DNA from: Acidimicrobiia bacterium
GTDB taxonomy: Bacteria > Actinomycetota > Acidimicrobiia > Acidimicrobiales > Poriferisodalaceae
Reading direction: 5' to 3'
Assembly (NCBI GenBank): GCA_022822525.1
Contig: JAJEBN010000048.1
Coordinates: 2,493-66,492, forward strand
DNA length: 64,000 nucleotides
Part shown: piece after piece, positions 1 to 10,821 of the stretch
Layout: the number at the start of each line of letters is the position of its first letter
How positions within the stretch are numbered: position 1 is the first letter of the stretch
Notes under the pieces: generated by a model
What the model saw: only the letters and a program-made list of their open reading frames with translations
What the model was told of the DNA's origin: nothing
Databases searched by the model: none
Position numbers and translations under genes: made by a program

Positions 1-6
1 CCGGCG

Positions 7-1152
7 TCACGGCGATCTGGTCTCGCCGGCGCCGAGGGCTGCCTCGGTGGCAGCAGCGATGCGCCGGTGCTGGTCGCGGTTGGCGTCGGCGTCGATGTCG
101 ATGGTGATGACACGCACGCCCCGGTGCGATCCGGGAGCAGCCAGCAACCCATGCAGCCCCTCACACGAACCGACGCGGTGGTGCTCGAAGCCCATGGCCG
201 CCGAGAGCCCGCCCGCCAGCTCCGCGCTGCTGCGTCCGGGCGGCGTCGTCAGCAGACGGTCGAACGCCACGGGGTCGATGACGCCGTAGGCAGGCAGGAA
301 CGAGAAGATGGCGCCGCCGCCGTTGTCGACGACCACCACGGTGAGGTCGAGCCCGTCAGGGCCGCCATGGGTGGCAGGCGCAGTGTCGAACGCTCCCACG
401 AGACCGCCGAGATCGTGGCGGAGCGCCAGATCGCCGATCAGCACCGTCGTGGGGATGCCCGACGCTGCCACGCCGCTCGCCGCAGAGATGACGCCGTCGA
501 TGCCGCTCGCACCCCGGTTGGCGTGCACGGCCAGCGGCTCGGCCCGAGCGCGGAGGAACGTGTCGACGTCGCGCACCGGCATCGAGTTCGACACGTACAG
601 CGCGTGACCCCCCGGCAGGCTGCGCCCGAGCTGGCGTGCGACACCGGCTTCCCCCAGGGGCTCAGCGTCGAGCACGCCGTCGATTGCTCTGCACGCGCGT
701 GCATCAGCGTCGGCCCATCGCTGCGCCCACCCGGACTCCGGCGACACCAGCGTGCGGGCCGCGTCGGCCACCGCATCGGGCCCGACGGGCAGGTGCAACG
801 AGACGCTGAAGCTCGCATCGGTCCAGGTGCCGGCCGGATCGACCAGCGCGAATGCCGGGCGGTGCCGCTCGATCCACAGCCGCAGCGGCTTGCAGGTGGG
901 CGCTCCGCCGATGCGCAGCACTGCGTCGGGCGGTTCGGCATCCGCCCATGCCGTACGCAGCAGCAGATCGTGATGGTCGGTCACGACGACACCTGGCATC
1001 GTCCGCCGAAGCTGCGAGCAGGGCTCCGCCAGCAGCGGCCATCCAGCAGCCCGGCAGAATTCCGCCACCGCGTCGACCCAGCGATCCCCGTCCCACATGG
1101 GCCCGGCCACCACGACGCCTCGCTCGTGCGCCGCCGCCCACTCGCTCAGCAC
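7..1152 (-). CDS. menD: MenD (SEPHCHC synthase), middle and C-terminal ThDP-binding domains; second piece of a split or frameshifted menD
   Basis: 381-aa ORF with RGVVVAG and the ThDP motif IGDLALRHD...VVDNGGGAIFSF. GTG start at 1152 overlaps the stop of the N-terminal piece by 7 nt. Confidence 0.8.
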   Translation of the reverse strand: MLSEWAAAHERGVVVAGPMWDGDRWVDAVAEFCRAAGWPLLAEPCSQLRRTMPGVVVTDHHDLLLRTAWADAEPPDAVLRIGGAPTCKPLRLWIERHRPAFALVDPAGTWTDASFSVSLHLPVGPDAVADAARTLVSPESGWAQRWADADARACRAIDGVLDAEPLGEAGVARQLGRSLPGGHALYVSNSMPVRDVDTFLRARAEPLAVHANRGASGIDGVISAASGVAASGIPTTVLIGDLALRHDLGGLVGAFDTAPATHGGPDGLDLTVVVVDNGGGAIFSFLPAYGVIDPVAFDRLLTTPPGRSSAELAGGLSAAMGFEHHRVGSCEGLHGLLAAPGSHRGVRVITIDIDADANRDQHRRIAAATEAALGAGETRSP

Positions 1153-1709
1153 GGCAGCGGCTCCAGCGGTTCGCGAAACGGCATGTTGAGATGGACGGGA
1201 CCGGGGTTCGAGCCCGTCGCCTGCTGCACTGCTCGCGCCGCGGCCATCGCGAACCAGCGCGACGCCGCCTCAACCGGCAGCTCCGAGGGCACCGGCGTCT
1301 CGCAGAACCAGCGAGCGTGGCTGCCGTACAGCCCGTGCTGGTCGATGGTCTGGCCCGCGCCCCAGCCACGCAGCTCCGGCGGGCGATCGGCGGTCAGCAC
1401 CACCAGCGGCACGCCCGAGTAGTGCGCCTCGACGACCGCGGGCAGGTAGTTGGCCGCCGCGGTGCCCGATGTGCACACCAGCAGCACCGGCCGACGCGAG
1501 CCTTTGGCCAGCCCGAGCGCGAAGTACCCGGCCGACCGCTCGTCGATCCGGATCCAGGTGCGCAGTCCCGCGGTGGCGTCCACGGTGAGCGCCAGCGGCA
1601 TCGAGCGTGAGCCCGGCGACACCACAGCGTCGGTAACCCCCGCAGCCACCAACCCCTCGCACAGGGACCGGCAGGCCAGATAGGCAGCGTCGTCGGCGGA
1701 GATCTGCAT
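1146..1709 (-). CDS. menD: MenD N-terminal PYR domain piece
   Basis: 187-aa ORF (GVTDAVVSPGSRSMPLAL, CTSGTAAANY, PVHLNMPFREPL) ending in TGA at 1146-1148. Together with 7..1152 it adds up to a normal MenD length (~568 aa). Confidence 0.8.
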   Translation of the reverse strand: MQISADDAAYLACRSLCEGLVAAGVTDAVVSPGSRSMPLALTVDATAGLRTWIRIDERSAGYFALGLAKGSRRPVLLVCTSGTAAANYLPAVVEAHYSGVPLVVLTADRPPELRGWGAGQTIDQHGLYGSHARWFCETPVPSELPVEAASRWFAMAAARAVQQATGSNPGPVHLNMPFREPLEPLPC

Positions 1710-1717
1710 CGCCCGGC

Positions 1718-3901
1718 TCAGTCGCCCTCGAGTGCGTACAGCAGCGCTTCGAGCTTGATGTTGGTCTCGGTCAGCTCAGCCTCGGGATCGGCGCCCTCCA
1801 CGATGCCGCCGCCGGCGAACAGCCGGGTCTGCGACGGACCGGTGAGCGCGCAGCGCAGCGCGACGCGGAACTCGCCCCGGCCGTCCAGCGTCGTCCAGCC
1901 GACCGGTGCCGCGTACCAGCCGCGTTCGAAACCCTCGTGGTCCGCGATCCAGTCGCGGGCGACGCGTCGCGGCAGGCCCGCAACCGCGGCCGTGGGGTGC
2001 AGTGCGCCCGCGAGATCCAGCGCCGTCGTGCCGGCGGGGACGCGCCCGCTGATCGGCGTGTGCAGGTGCATGATGCGCCGCAGCTCCATGACGCCGGTCG
2101 GCGAGGGGGCATCCAGCGCAGCCCCGCACGCACGCAGCGTGTCGCGCACGTCGGTGACCACCATCGCGTGCTCGGTCAGCTCCTTGGGGTCGCGCTGGAG
2201 CTCGGCCGCGAGCTCGGCGTCGCGCACCGGATCGCCGACCCGGCGCCCCGAGCCGGCCAGGGCATCGGTCTGCAGCCGCAGCCCGTCGCAGTGCACCAGC
2301 TGTTCGGGCGTGGCGCCGAAGAACGTCTGGGACCCGCGCCCGAATGCAAACGTGACACAGGACGGGTAGCGCGACCGCAGGCGGTTGAGCACGCCGATGG
2401 GCTCGAGGCCCGACGCGATGTGCACCTCGCGTGCGGTCACGACCTTGTCCAGCCCCCCGTCGGCGATCCTGCCGAGGGCGCGCCGCACCAGCTCGGTGTA
2501 GCCGCCGTCGGAGCGGTAGCTGCCGCCCAGCATCGCCAGTGCCGCGGCGTTCAGATCGCTCGCGGGCGAGCCCGCCAGCTCGGGATCGTCCTCGACGCAC
2601 GCGGCCGGAGCGAGACCGCACACACCGCTGCCGTCCGCGATGCCGCAGGTCGCGCACGCCGATGCGACGCCGGATCGAGCCGCAGCCATGATCGAGCTCA
2701 CGTCGGCACCGGGCACTGATGTCAGCCAGGTCCCGCCGCCCTTGCGCACCACGAGCACCTCGGGCAGGGTCAGCCGACCGGTGCCGAACGCTTCCCATGC
2801 CGAGCCGGCCGGCGACGGCTCGTCGCTGAAGGAGAACCCGCCGACGAGCAGCGGACCCGTCGGATCGCCGCTGTCGCCGTTGACGGTGACATCGAGGTAG
2901 CTCATCGCTTCGGCAACCGACGCGAAGCGATCGGTGCCGGCCCCAGCGCTGGCGTCGAAGGCGCTGCCGAGCGCGCAGAACTCCAGGTCGCCGTCGGGGT
3001 GCGTCCAGTACGCCCGCTGGTGGGCGTCGGAGGCTGCGAAAACCGCCAGCGGATCCAGCCCACCGGACAGTTCGCGGCATTCCAGCGTCACGGTGCGCCG
3101 CGCGCGCAGTCCCCCGGAGGCGCCCGATGTGCTCGGCGCCGCCGTTGCGGCACGGGCAGCGCCGGTTGTCTCATCATCGATGTCGCCCGACAGGATGCGC
3201 TCGGTGGCGCGCTCCACCAGCGATTCGCGGAAGTGCTGCGCCACCAGATCGGTGACCAGCGGGATCAGGCGCGCGGCCAAGTCGGCTCGTTCGGTTGCGG
3301 GCCGCTCGGCGAAGCGGTCGGCGAACAGCTCGACGGCGTCGGCCGCGACCGCTTCCATGTTCGATGCGTGTCGCAGCGCCAAGCCGACGAGGTCATCCAG
3401 CGGCATCTCCGCGGCGAGCAGCTCGGTCGCGGCGCGCAGCATCGTCAGCGCACCCGTGCTGTACAGCGCACCGGCCGCGGTGTCGCCCGATGGCGTCGCC
3501 GACGCGCTGCCCGCACTGGCTGGCGAGCTGCGCAGCGGTCGCACCAGGCCGGTGTCGGTCGCCAGCCGCACCAGCTCTGGGTCGAGCCCGGACTGCTGCA
3601 CGAGTTCGTCGAAGGTCAGGGTGTCACCGCTGCGTGTGCCCAGGGCAACCAGCATCGGCTCGTCAGCGCCGTCGCCGAGCTGCCGGATCTGCGCCAGCGA
3701 GAAACCCGCTTCGGACAGGCGCCGGATCTCAGCCAGTCGACGGTCGTGGCTCTCGTCGTACAGCGCCATCCGTCCGTGGCGTGCGGGCGGGTGCAGCAAG
3801 CCGATCTTCTGGTAGTAGCGCACCGTGTCGACGCTTACCGAGTGCGCCGCTGCCAGCTCGAAGACTCGCACCGCCACATCGTATGCAGATCGTGGGAGCA
3901 A
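1718..3901 (-). CDS. menF: MerR-type HTH domain fused in one ORF to isochorismate synthase (MenF)
   Basis: 727-aa uninterrupted ORF. The N-terminus VRVFELAAAHSVSVDTVRYYQKIGLL is a MerR HTH. The C-terminal ~450 aa carry chorismate-binding motifs (TFFGATPEQL, HPTAAVAGLP, GWYAAPVGW, FAGGGIV). Ends 8 nt upstream of the menD start. Confidence 0.8.
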   Translation of the reverse strand: MLPRSAYDVAVRVFELAAAHSVSVDTVRYYQKIGLLHPPARHGRMALYDESHDRRLAEIRRLSEAGFSLAQIRQLGDGADEPMLVALGTRSGDTLTFDELVQQSGLDPELVRLATDTGLVRPLRSSPASAGSASATPSGDTAAGALYSTGALTMLRAATELLAAEMPLDDLVGLALRHASNMEAVAADAVELFADRFAERPATERADLAARLIPLVTDLVAQHFRESLVERATERILSGDIDDETTGAARAATAAPSTSGASGGLRARRTVTLECRELSGGLDPLAVFAASDAHQRAYWTHPDGDLEFCALGSAFDASAGAGTDRFASVAEAMSYLDVTVNGDSGDPTGPLLVGGFSFSDEPSPAGSAWEAFGTGRLTLPEVLVVRKGGGTWLTSVPGADVSSIMAAARSGVASACATCGIADGSGVCGLAPAACVEDDPELAGSPASDLNAAALAMLGGSYRSDGGYTELVRRALGRIADGGLDKVVTAREVHIASGLEPIGVLNRLRSRYPSCVTFAFGRGSQTFFGATPEQLVHCDGLRLQTDALAGSGRRVGDPVRDAELAAELQRDPKELTEHAMVVTDVRDTLRACGAALDAPSPTGVMELRRIMHLHTPISGRVPAGTTALDLAGALHPTAAVAGLPRRVARDWIADHEGFERGWYAAPVGWTTLDGRGEFRVALRCALTGPSQTRLFAGGGIVEGADPEAELTETNIKLEALLYALEGD

Positions 3902-3977
3902 TTACTCCTAGAGCTGTCGCTCCCATCGTGACGGGCGTGCGACGCCTCCTCGAAACGCAGGTGGCTAGGGTGACCCG

Positions 3978-4580
3978 ATGGCTGAGCGGGATCGCCTGAG
4001 TGCCGACGACTGGGTCGCAGCAGCCCTCGAAGTGCTGGTCACCGAGGGCATCGGCGCCGTCAAGGTCCTGCCGCTCGCCAAGCGGCTCGGCGTCACTCGG
4101 GGCAGCTTCTACTGGCACTTCGAGAACCATGAAGCCCTGCTCAATCGCCTGCTCGAGGTGTGGGAGGAAACCAACTCGGGTTCGATCATCCGGGCCGCCA
4201 CGCTCGAGGGCAGCATCATCGACCGGTATGTCGCCCTGATGCGCTGCTGGCTGGGGATGGAACGCTTCGATCCGCGTCTCGAAGTGGCCGTGCGCAATTG
4301 GGGCCGCAGCAAACCCGAGCTGTGGCAGAAGCTGCATGCGACCGATGAGCGGCGTGTGGATGCCTGCGTGGAGATGCTCGCGTCCGAGGTGAGCGATCCC
4401 GCCATGAGGCTGCACCGTGCCCGCACCATCTACTTCCTGCAGATGGGCTGGTACGAGCTCGAGGTGGATGTACCGATGGATGCCCGCATCGAGGCGTTGA
4501 CGTACTACTTCGAGATCTATGTCGGCCGTGCGCCGAGCGACGACGAGCGGGCAGCCATCGGGGCCGGGTTGCGCGTCTGA
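3978..4580 (+). CDS. TetR/AcrR family transcriptional regulator
   Basis: 200 aa; N-terminal HTH LPLAKRLGVTRGSFYWHFENHEALL. Confidence 0.85.
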   Translation: MAERDRLSADDWVAAALEVLVTEGIGAVKVLPLAKRLGVTRGSFYWHFENHEALLNRLLEVWEETNSGSIIRAATLEGSIIDRYVALMRCWLGMERFDPRLEVAVRNWGRSKPELWQKLHATDERRVDACVEMLASEVSDPAMRLHRARTIYFLQMGWYELEVDVPMDARIEALTYYFEIYVGRAPSDDERAAIGAGLRV

Positions 4581-4652
4581 CATTCTGTTCTTGCGCGTCT
4601 GGCATTTTGTTCATATTGACGTGCTCCATACAGATCCGTACGGTTCGTCTCA

Positions 4653-6167
4653 GTGACGCGTCGAGGCCGTAAACGTCGGGAAGCTGCGGCAGCGCCGATG
4701 CCGCCTCAACCTCAGGCACGCAACACGTTCCAGCCGATCGAGCTCATCAGTGCCGACGAGGTGGAGCGCATCCACGAGTCATCGCTGCGGGTGCTGTCCG
4801 ACATCGGCATGAACTTCCTGCTGCCAGAGGCGGTTGAGATCCTGTGCGCGGCAGGGGCGACGTCCGACGACGGTGTGCGGGTGCGATTCGGGCCCGACCT
4901 GGTCACCGAGCAGGTCGCCTTGGCGCCGTCGCAGTTCACGCTGCATGCGCGCGACCCGGCCAACAGCGTGATCTTCGGCCATGACTGGGTCGTGTTCGGC
5001 ATGGTCGGCAGCCCGCCCAACGTCTCGGATCTCGACCGTGGCCGGGTCACCGGCAACTACGTGGATTACTGCAACATGCTGCGCCTGCAGGAATCGCTTG
5101 ACGCAGCGGACACCTGCACCGGCCATTCGGTCGAGCCGATCGATCTCGAGGTGCGCACCCGTCACCTCGACGCCGTGTCGGCCATGTACACCCTGTCCAC
5201 CAAGCCCGGGTTCTGCTACTCGCTGGGACGCGAACGGGTCAGCGATGCCATCGAGATCGCGCGCATCGCCCGCGGCATCGACCATGAGACGTTGCTGCGC
5301 GAGCCGTCCATCCACACCGTGGTGAATGCGAACTCGCCGCTCGTGTACGACAAGCCGATGCTGGAGGGCGCCATCGAGCTCGCCCGCCACGGCCAGCCGG
5401 TGGTGTACACGCCGTTCACCCTGGCGGGGGCGATGGCGCCGGTCACGATCGCGGGCGCGCTCACCTTGCAGAACGCCGAGGCGCTTGCGGGCATCACGCT
5501 GGCGCAGCTCGTGAACCCCGGCGTGCCGGTCGTGTACGGCAGCTTCACCTCCAATGTCGACATGCGATCGGGTGCGCCGGCCTTCGGCACGCCCGAGTAT
5601 GTGAAGGCCACCATCATCAGCGGCCAGCTGGCGCGCCGCTACGGCTTGCCCTTGCGGGCCTCGAACGCGAACGCTTCCAACGCTCCCGATGCCCAGGCCA
5701 CCTATGAGTCGCAGATGTCGCTGTGGGCGTGCATCGTCGGCGGCATCAACTACGTGCTGCACGGTCTCGGCTGGATCGAGGGCGGGCTGTGCGCTTCGTA
5801 CGAGAAGGTGATCATCGATGCCGAGATGATCCAGATGATCCGGGCGATGCTGCAGCCCGCCGTCATCGACGAGGCTTCGCTTGCCGTCGATGCGATCGCC
5901 GAAGTCGGCCCGGCGAACCACTTCTTCGGTGCCGCCCACACGCTCGAGCGCTACAACACCGCCTTTTACGAGCCGATGCTGTCGGACTGGCGCAACTTCG
6001 AGACGTGGCAGGAGGACGGCGCGCTCGATGCCACCCAGCGGGCGAACCGCATCTGGAAGCAGCTGCTGGCCGACTACGAAGAGCCGCCGATGGACGACGC
6101 CATCCGCGCCGAGCTCACCGATTTCGTCGAGCGCCGCCGATCAGAAGGCGGCGTCGAACCTCTTTAG
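4653..6167 (+). CDS. MttB-superfamily (trimethylamine methyltransferase-like) protein, non-pyrrolysine type
   Basis: 504-aa continuous ORF with no in-frame TAG. The N-terminus FQPIELISADEVERIHESSLRVLSDIGMNF and the length are typical of MttB-family proteins. GTG at 4653; ATG at 4698 is an alternative start. Confidence 0.75.
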   Translation: MTRRGRKRREAAAAPMPPQPQARNTFQPIELISADEVERIHESSLRVLSDIGMNFLLPEAVEILCAAGATSDDGVRVRFGPDLVTEQVALAPSQFTLHARDPANSVIFGHDWVVFGMVGSPPNVSDLDRGRVTGNYVDYCNMLRLQESLDAADTCTGHSVEPIDLEVRTRHLDAVSAMYTLSTKPGFCYSLGRERVSDAIEIARIARGIDHETLLREPSIHTVVNANSPLVYDKPMLEGAIELARHGQPVVYTPFTLAGAMAPVTIAGALTLQNAEALAGITLAQLVNPGVPVVYGSFTSNVDMRSGAPAFGTPEYVKATIISGQLARRYGLPLRASNANASNAPDAQATYESQMSLWACIVGGINYVLHGLGWIEGGLCASYEKVIIDAEMIQMIRAMLQPAVIDEASLAVDAIAEVGPANHFFGAAHTLERYNTAFYEPMLSDWRNFETWQEDGALDATQRANRIWKQLLADYEEPPMDDAIRAELTDFVERRRSEGGVEPL

Positions 6168-6192
6168 ATGGCGCCACCGCAGCGGTGGCGCT

Positions 6193-7731
6193 CTAGTTGA
6201 TCTGCTTCTCCATGCCTTCCCAGTACGGGGCGCGGAGCTTGAACTTCTGCAGCTTGCCGGTGGCCGTGCGGGCCAGCTCCTCGCGGAACTCGACGCTGGT
6301 GGGGCACTTGAAGTGCGCCATCCGGTCGCGGCAGTAGTCGATGAGGTCACGCTCGGACACCGCATCGGCCGCAGCGTCGACGACCACGAGGGCCTTGATG
6401 GTCTCGCCCCACTTCTCATGGGGCACGCCGATCACGGCCACCTCGGTCACCGCGGCATGGCTGAACAGCACGTCCTCCACCTCGATGGACGACACGTTTT
6501 CGCCGCCGGAGATGATGACGTCCTTCTTGCGGTCCGAGATGGTGACGTGGTGCTCGTCGTCCATGGTGCCGCCGTCGCCGGTGTGGAACCAGCCGTCAAC
6601 GATGGCCTCTGCGGTTGCCTCGGGCTGCTCCCAGTAGCCCTCGAGCACGACGTTCGCCCGGGCCAGGATCTCGCCTTGGCTGTCGACGTCGATCTTCACA
6701 CCGATGGCCGGTGCGCCGGCCCGGCTCAGCTTGCGAGCCTTCTCGTCGGGCTCGAAGTCGTCCCATTCGGGCCGGCAGCGGTTCATGGTCAGCAGCGGCG
6801 CCGTCTCGGTGAGGCCGTAGATCTGGATGAACTCCCAGCCCAGCTCGGTCTCCATGCGGGCGATGGTGCGCGTGGGCGGCGGGGCGCCCGCCACCACCAT
6901 CCGCACGCGGCCGCTGCCGGGGATGGGTCCGTCCCAGTCGGCGGCTGCGTCCAGCACGGCGGCCACCACAGCGGGAGCGCCGCACATCAGCGTCACGCCG
7001 TGCTGATCGATGCGCTTCAGGATCTCGGGGCCGCGCACCTCGCGCTGCACCACGTGCTTGCCGCCCATGCCGGTCACCGCGTAGGGCATGCCCCAGCCGT
7101 TGCAGTGGAACATCGGCAGCGTGTGCAGGTACACGTCACGGTCGTTCACGCCCGAGTGCCAGCCGAACGTGGTGGCGTTCACCCACAGCGCCCGGTGGGT
7201 CTGCTGCACGCCCTTGGGGCGGGCGGTGGTGCCCGAGGTGTAGTTGATGGTGGCGGTGACGTCCTCGTCCGGCGTCCACGGGGCCGGCTCGACGCCTGGC
7301 GCGTACATCTGGTCGTCGGCGTCGGTGCCCATCACCACGAAATGCTCGACGTCGATGTCCTTGCAGGTGTCCTCCATGGAGGGGTCCACCAGCAGCATCG
7401 TGGCGCCGCAGTGATCGATGATGTAGCTGATCTCGTCGTGGCTGAGCCGGAAGTTGATCGGCACGAAGATGCGGCCGTAGCCCGACACGCCGTAGAACGA
7501 CGTCATCAGCCGGCCGGCATTCTGCGACACCATCGCGACCCGCTCGCCGTGGTTGATGCCGAGCTGGTCCAGCTTGGCTGCCTGAGCCCGGACGAGGTCG
7601 CCGAAGCGGGCGTAGGTGATCTCGCCGAGCCCGCCGCCGGGCGCTTCGGGTTCGTCGGCCAGCGCAACCCGGTCCGGGTACACGTTCTCGGCCCGGTACA
7701 AGAAGTCGGAAACAGTAAACGGAACCTTCAT
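6193..7731 (-). CDS. Acyl-CoA synthetase / AMP-dependent ligase
   Basis: 512 aa; AMP-binding motifs YTSGTTARPKGV, GWFHTGDGG, DRKKDVIISGGENV. Confidence 0.85.
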   Translation of the reverse strand: MKVPFTVSDFLYRAENVYPDRVALADEPEAPGGGLGEITYARFGDLVRAQAAKLDQLGINHGERVAMVSQNAGRLMTSFYGVSGYGRIFVPINFRLSHDEISYIIDHCGATMLLVDPSMEDTCKDIDVEHFVVMGTDADDQMYAPGVEPAPWTPDEDVTATINYTSGTTARPKGVQQTHRALWVNATTFGWHSGVNDRDVYLHTLPMFHCNGWGMPYAVTGMGGKHVVQREVRGPEILKRIDQHGVTLMCGAPAVVAAVLDAAADWDGPIPGSGRVRMVVAGAPPPTRTIARMETELGWEFIQIYGLTETAPLLTMNRCRPEWDDFEPDEKARKLSRAGAPAIGVKIDVDSQGEILARANVVLEGYWEQPEATAEAIVDGWFHTGDGGTMDDEHHVTISDRKKDVIISGGENVSSIEVEDVLFSHAAVTEVAVIGVPHEKWGETIKALVVVDAAADAVSERDLIDYCRDRMAHFKCPTSVEFREELARTATGKLQKFKLRAPYWEGMEKQIN

Positions 7732-7875
7732 GGCGTCCCCTCAGGGTCATGGGTTGTCGTACGCGGCGGTCGCCTCGGTGTGCGGTGCCCCGCCGGAGGT
7801 GTCTCCCGGCGGATCGGCCGCGCCAACTCTAGAGCGGGCTGCAGCGGCAGTGCCCTGAGAGGCTGAGCCGCCTCC

Positions 7876-7881
7876 TAGGGT
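7876..7881 (+). promoter_or_regulatory. Candidate -10 hexamer (TAGGGT) placed for a leaderless transcript of the exonuclease gene
   Basis: TAGGGT lies exactly 7 nt upstream of the ATG at 7889, with no Shine-Dalgarno between them. Confidence 0.35.
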
Positions 7882-7888
7882 CGCGGTC

Positions 7889-8809
7889 ATGGAGGGATCA
7901 GCGGGAGCGCCGCCCGCCGCCGGTCAGGTCGATGTCCATCTGATCGACGGCACTTACGAGTTGTTCCGCCACTTCTTCGCGGTGCCCAGCCGCAAGGCGC
8001 CGGACGGCAGCGAGGTGGGAGCGCTGCGGGGTGTGCTCGGCAACATCGTGATGCTGCTCGAAGGCGGTGCGACCCACGTTGCCGTCGCGACCGACCACGT
8101 CGTGGAGTCGTTCCGCAACGATCTGTGGCCCGGGTACAAGGACGGCTCGGGCATCGACCCTGACCTGCTGTCGCAGTTCCACCCGACCGAGGAGGCGCTG
8201 GAGCTGCTGGGCGTGGCCGTGTGGCCGATGGTCGAATTCGAAGCCGACGACGCCATGGCGGCAGGCGCCGTGATGGCAGCCGATGACGACCGCGTCCGGC
8301 AGGTGGTGATCTGCACGCCCGACAAGGACCTGGGCCAGTGCGTGGGCGGCAAGGTCGTCCAGTGGGATCGCCGGGCCGACGAGATCATCGACGTGGCCGG
8401 CGTCGAGGCGAAGTTCGGCGTCAGCCCCGAGTCGATTCCCGACTACTTGGGCTTGGTGGGCGACAGTGCCGATGGGTTTCCGGGGCTGAAGGGCTGGGGT
8501 GCCAAGTCGACCTCGGTGATGCTGTCGCACTACGGCCACATCGAGAACATCCCCGACTCGCACGATGACTGGGAGCCGAAGGTGCGCGGCGCAGCCGGTC
8601 TTGCCGCCACTCTCGCCGGCGAGCGTGAGCTTGCCCTGCTGTTCCGCCGCATTGCCACGGTGCGCACCGATGCGCCGGTGTCAGACAGCGTCGACGAGTT
8701 GGCGTGGCGCGGCCCGCGTCGAGGTTTCGAAGAACTCTGCGAACGGATCGGCGCCGAGAACCTGCTCGACCGGGTGATGAACCTCGCGGCCTACCGGACG
8801 GACATCTAG
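7889..8809 (+). CDS. 5'-3' exonuclease / flap endonuclease (Pol I N-terminal domain-like)
   Basis: 306 aa; LIDGTYELFRHFF, EADDAMA, PDKDLGQC, and the H3TH region GLVGDSADGFPGLKGWG. Confidence 0.8.
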   Translation: MEGSAGAPPAAGQVDVHLIDGTYELFRHFFAVPSRKAPDGSEVGALRGVLGNIVMLLEGGATHVAVATDHVVESFRNDLWPGYKDGSGIDPDLLSQFHPTEEALELLGVAVWPMVEFEADDAMAAGAVMAADDDRVRQVVICTPDKDLGQCVGGKVVQWDRRADEIIDVAGVEAKFGVSPESIPDYLGLVGDSADGFPGLKGWGAKSTSVMLSHYGHIENIPDSHDDWEPKVRGAAGLAATLAGERELALLFRRIATVRTDAPVSDSVDELAWRGPRRGFEELCERIGAENLLDRVMNLAAYRTDI

Positions 8810-8826
8810 AGCAAGCGAGGCAGGGC

Positions 8827-9186
8827 TCAGGCGGGCTGATTCAGCTCGATCATGTTGCCGGCCGGGTCGAAGAAGAACGTCTGGCGGGCGGTCGTGCCCG
8901 GCAGCGCCACCGGGTCCTTGACCCTCACGCCGGCGTCGCGCAGCTCGGCCACCGTGGCATCGATGTCGTTGACCTTGAAGGCCCAGTGCTGTCCCTTGGG
9001 CGGCACCCAGTCGGCCACTTCGATGAGATGCACCTCGCCCCCGCCGGGCGTCTGCAGCCATCGCCCGTTGAACCCGAAATCGGGCCGGTCGAGCTGCTTC
9101 ATGCCCAGGACGTCGGTATAGAACGGCGCCGCAGCATCCACATCGGCGCAGTTGATCGATACGTGATGCACAGGCCCCAGTTCCAT
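8827..9186 (-). CDS. VOC / glyoxalase family protein
   Basis: 119 aa; HHVSINCADVDAAAPFYTDVLGM, and FFFDPAGNMIEL at the C-terminus. Confidence 0.8.
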   Translation of the reverse strand: MELGPVHHVSINCADVDAAAPFYTDVLGMKQLDRPDFGFNGRWLQTPGGGEVHLIEVADWVPPKGQHWAFKVNDIDATVAELRDAGVRVKDPVALPGTTARQTFFFDPAGNMIELNQPA

Positions 9187-9251
9187 GGGTGCAGCTTAGA
9201 GGCTGAGCCGGAGGCGAATCCCGGGCCTGGGTACCGGACGGCCTGCTCTCG

Positions 9252-9257
9252 TAGGCT
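9252..9257 (+). promoter_or_regulatory. Candidate -10 hexamer (TAGGCT) for a leaderless pccB transcript
   Basis: TAGGCT lies 7 nt upstream of the ATG at 9265, the same geometry as at 7876. Confidence 0.35.
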
Positions 9258-9264
9258 CTGCTGA

Positions 9265-10821
<1,557 letters not shown>

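Noticed and set aside
1146-1148. TGA at the menD junction as a selenocysteine codon
   Set aside because: The downstream MenD sequence continues in a different reading frame, not the same frame, so read-through of the TGA would not restore the protein.
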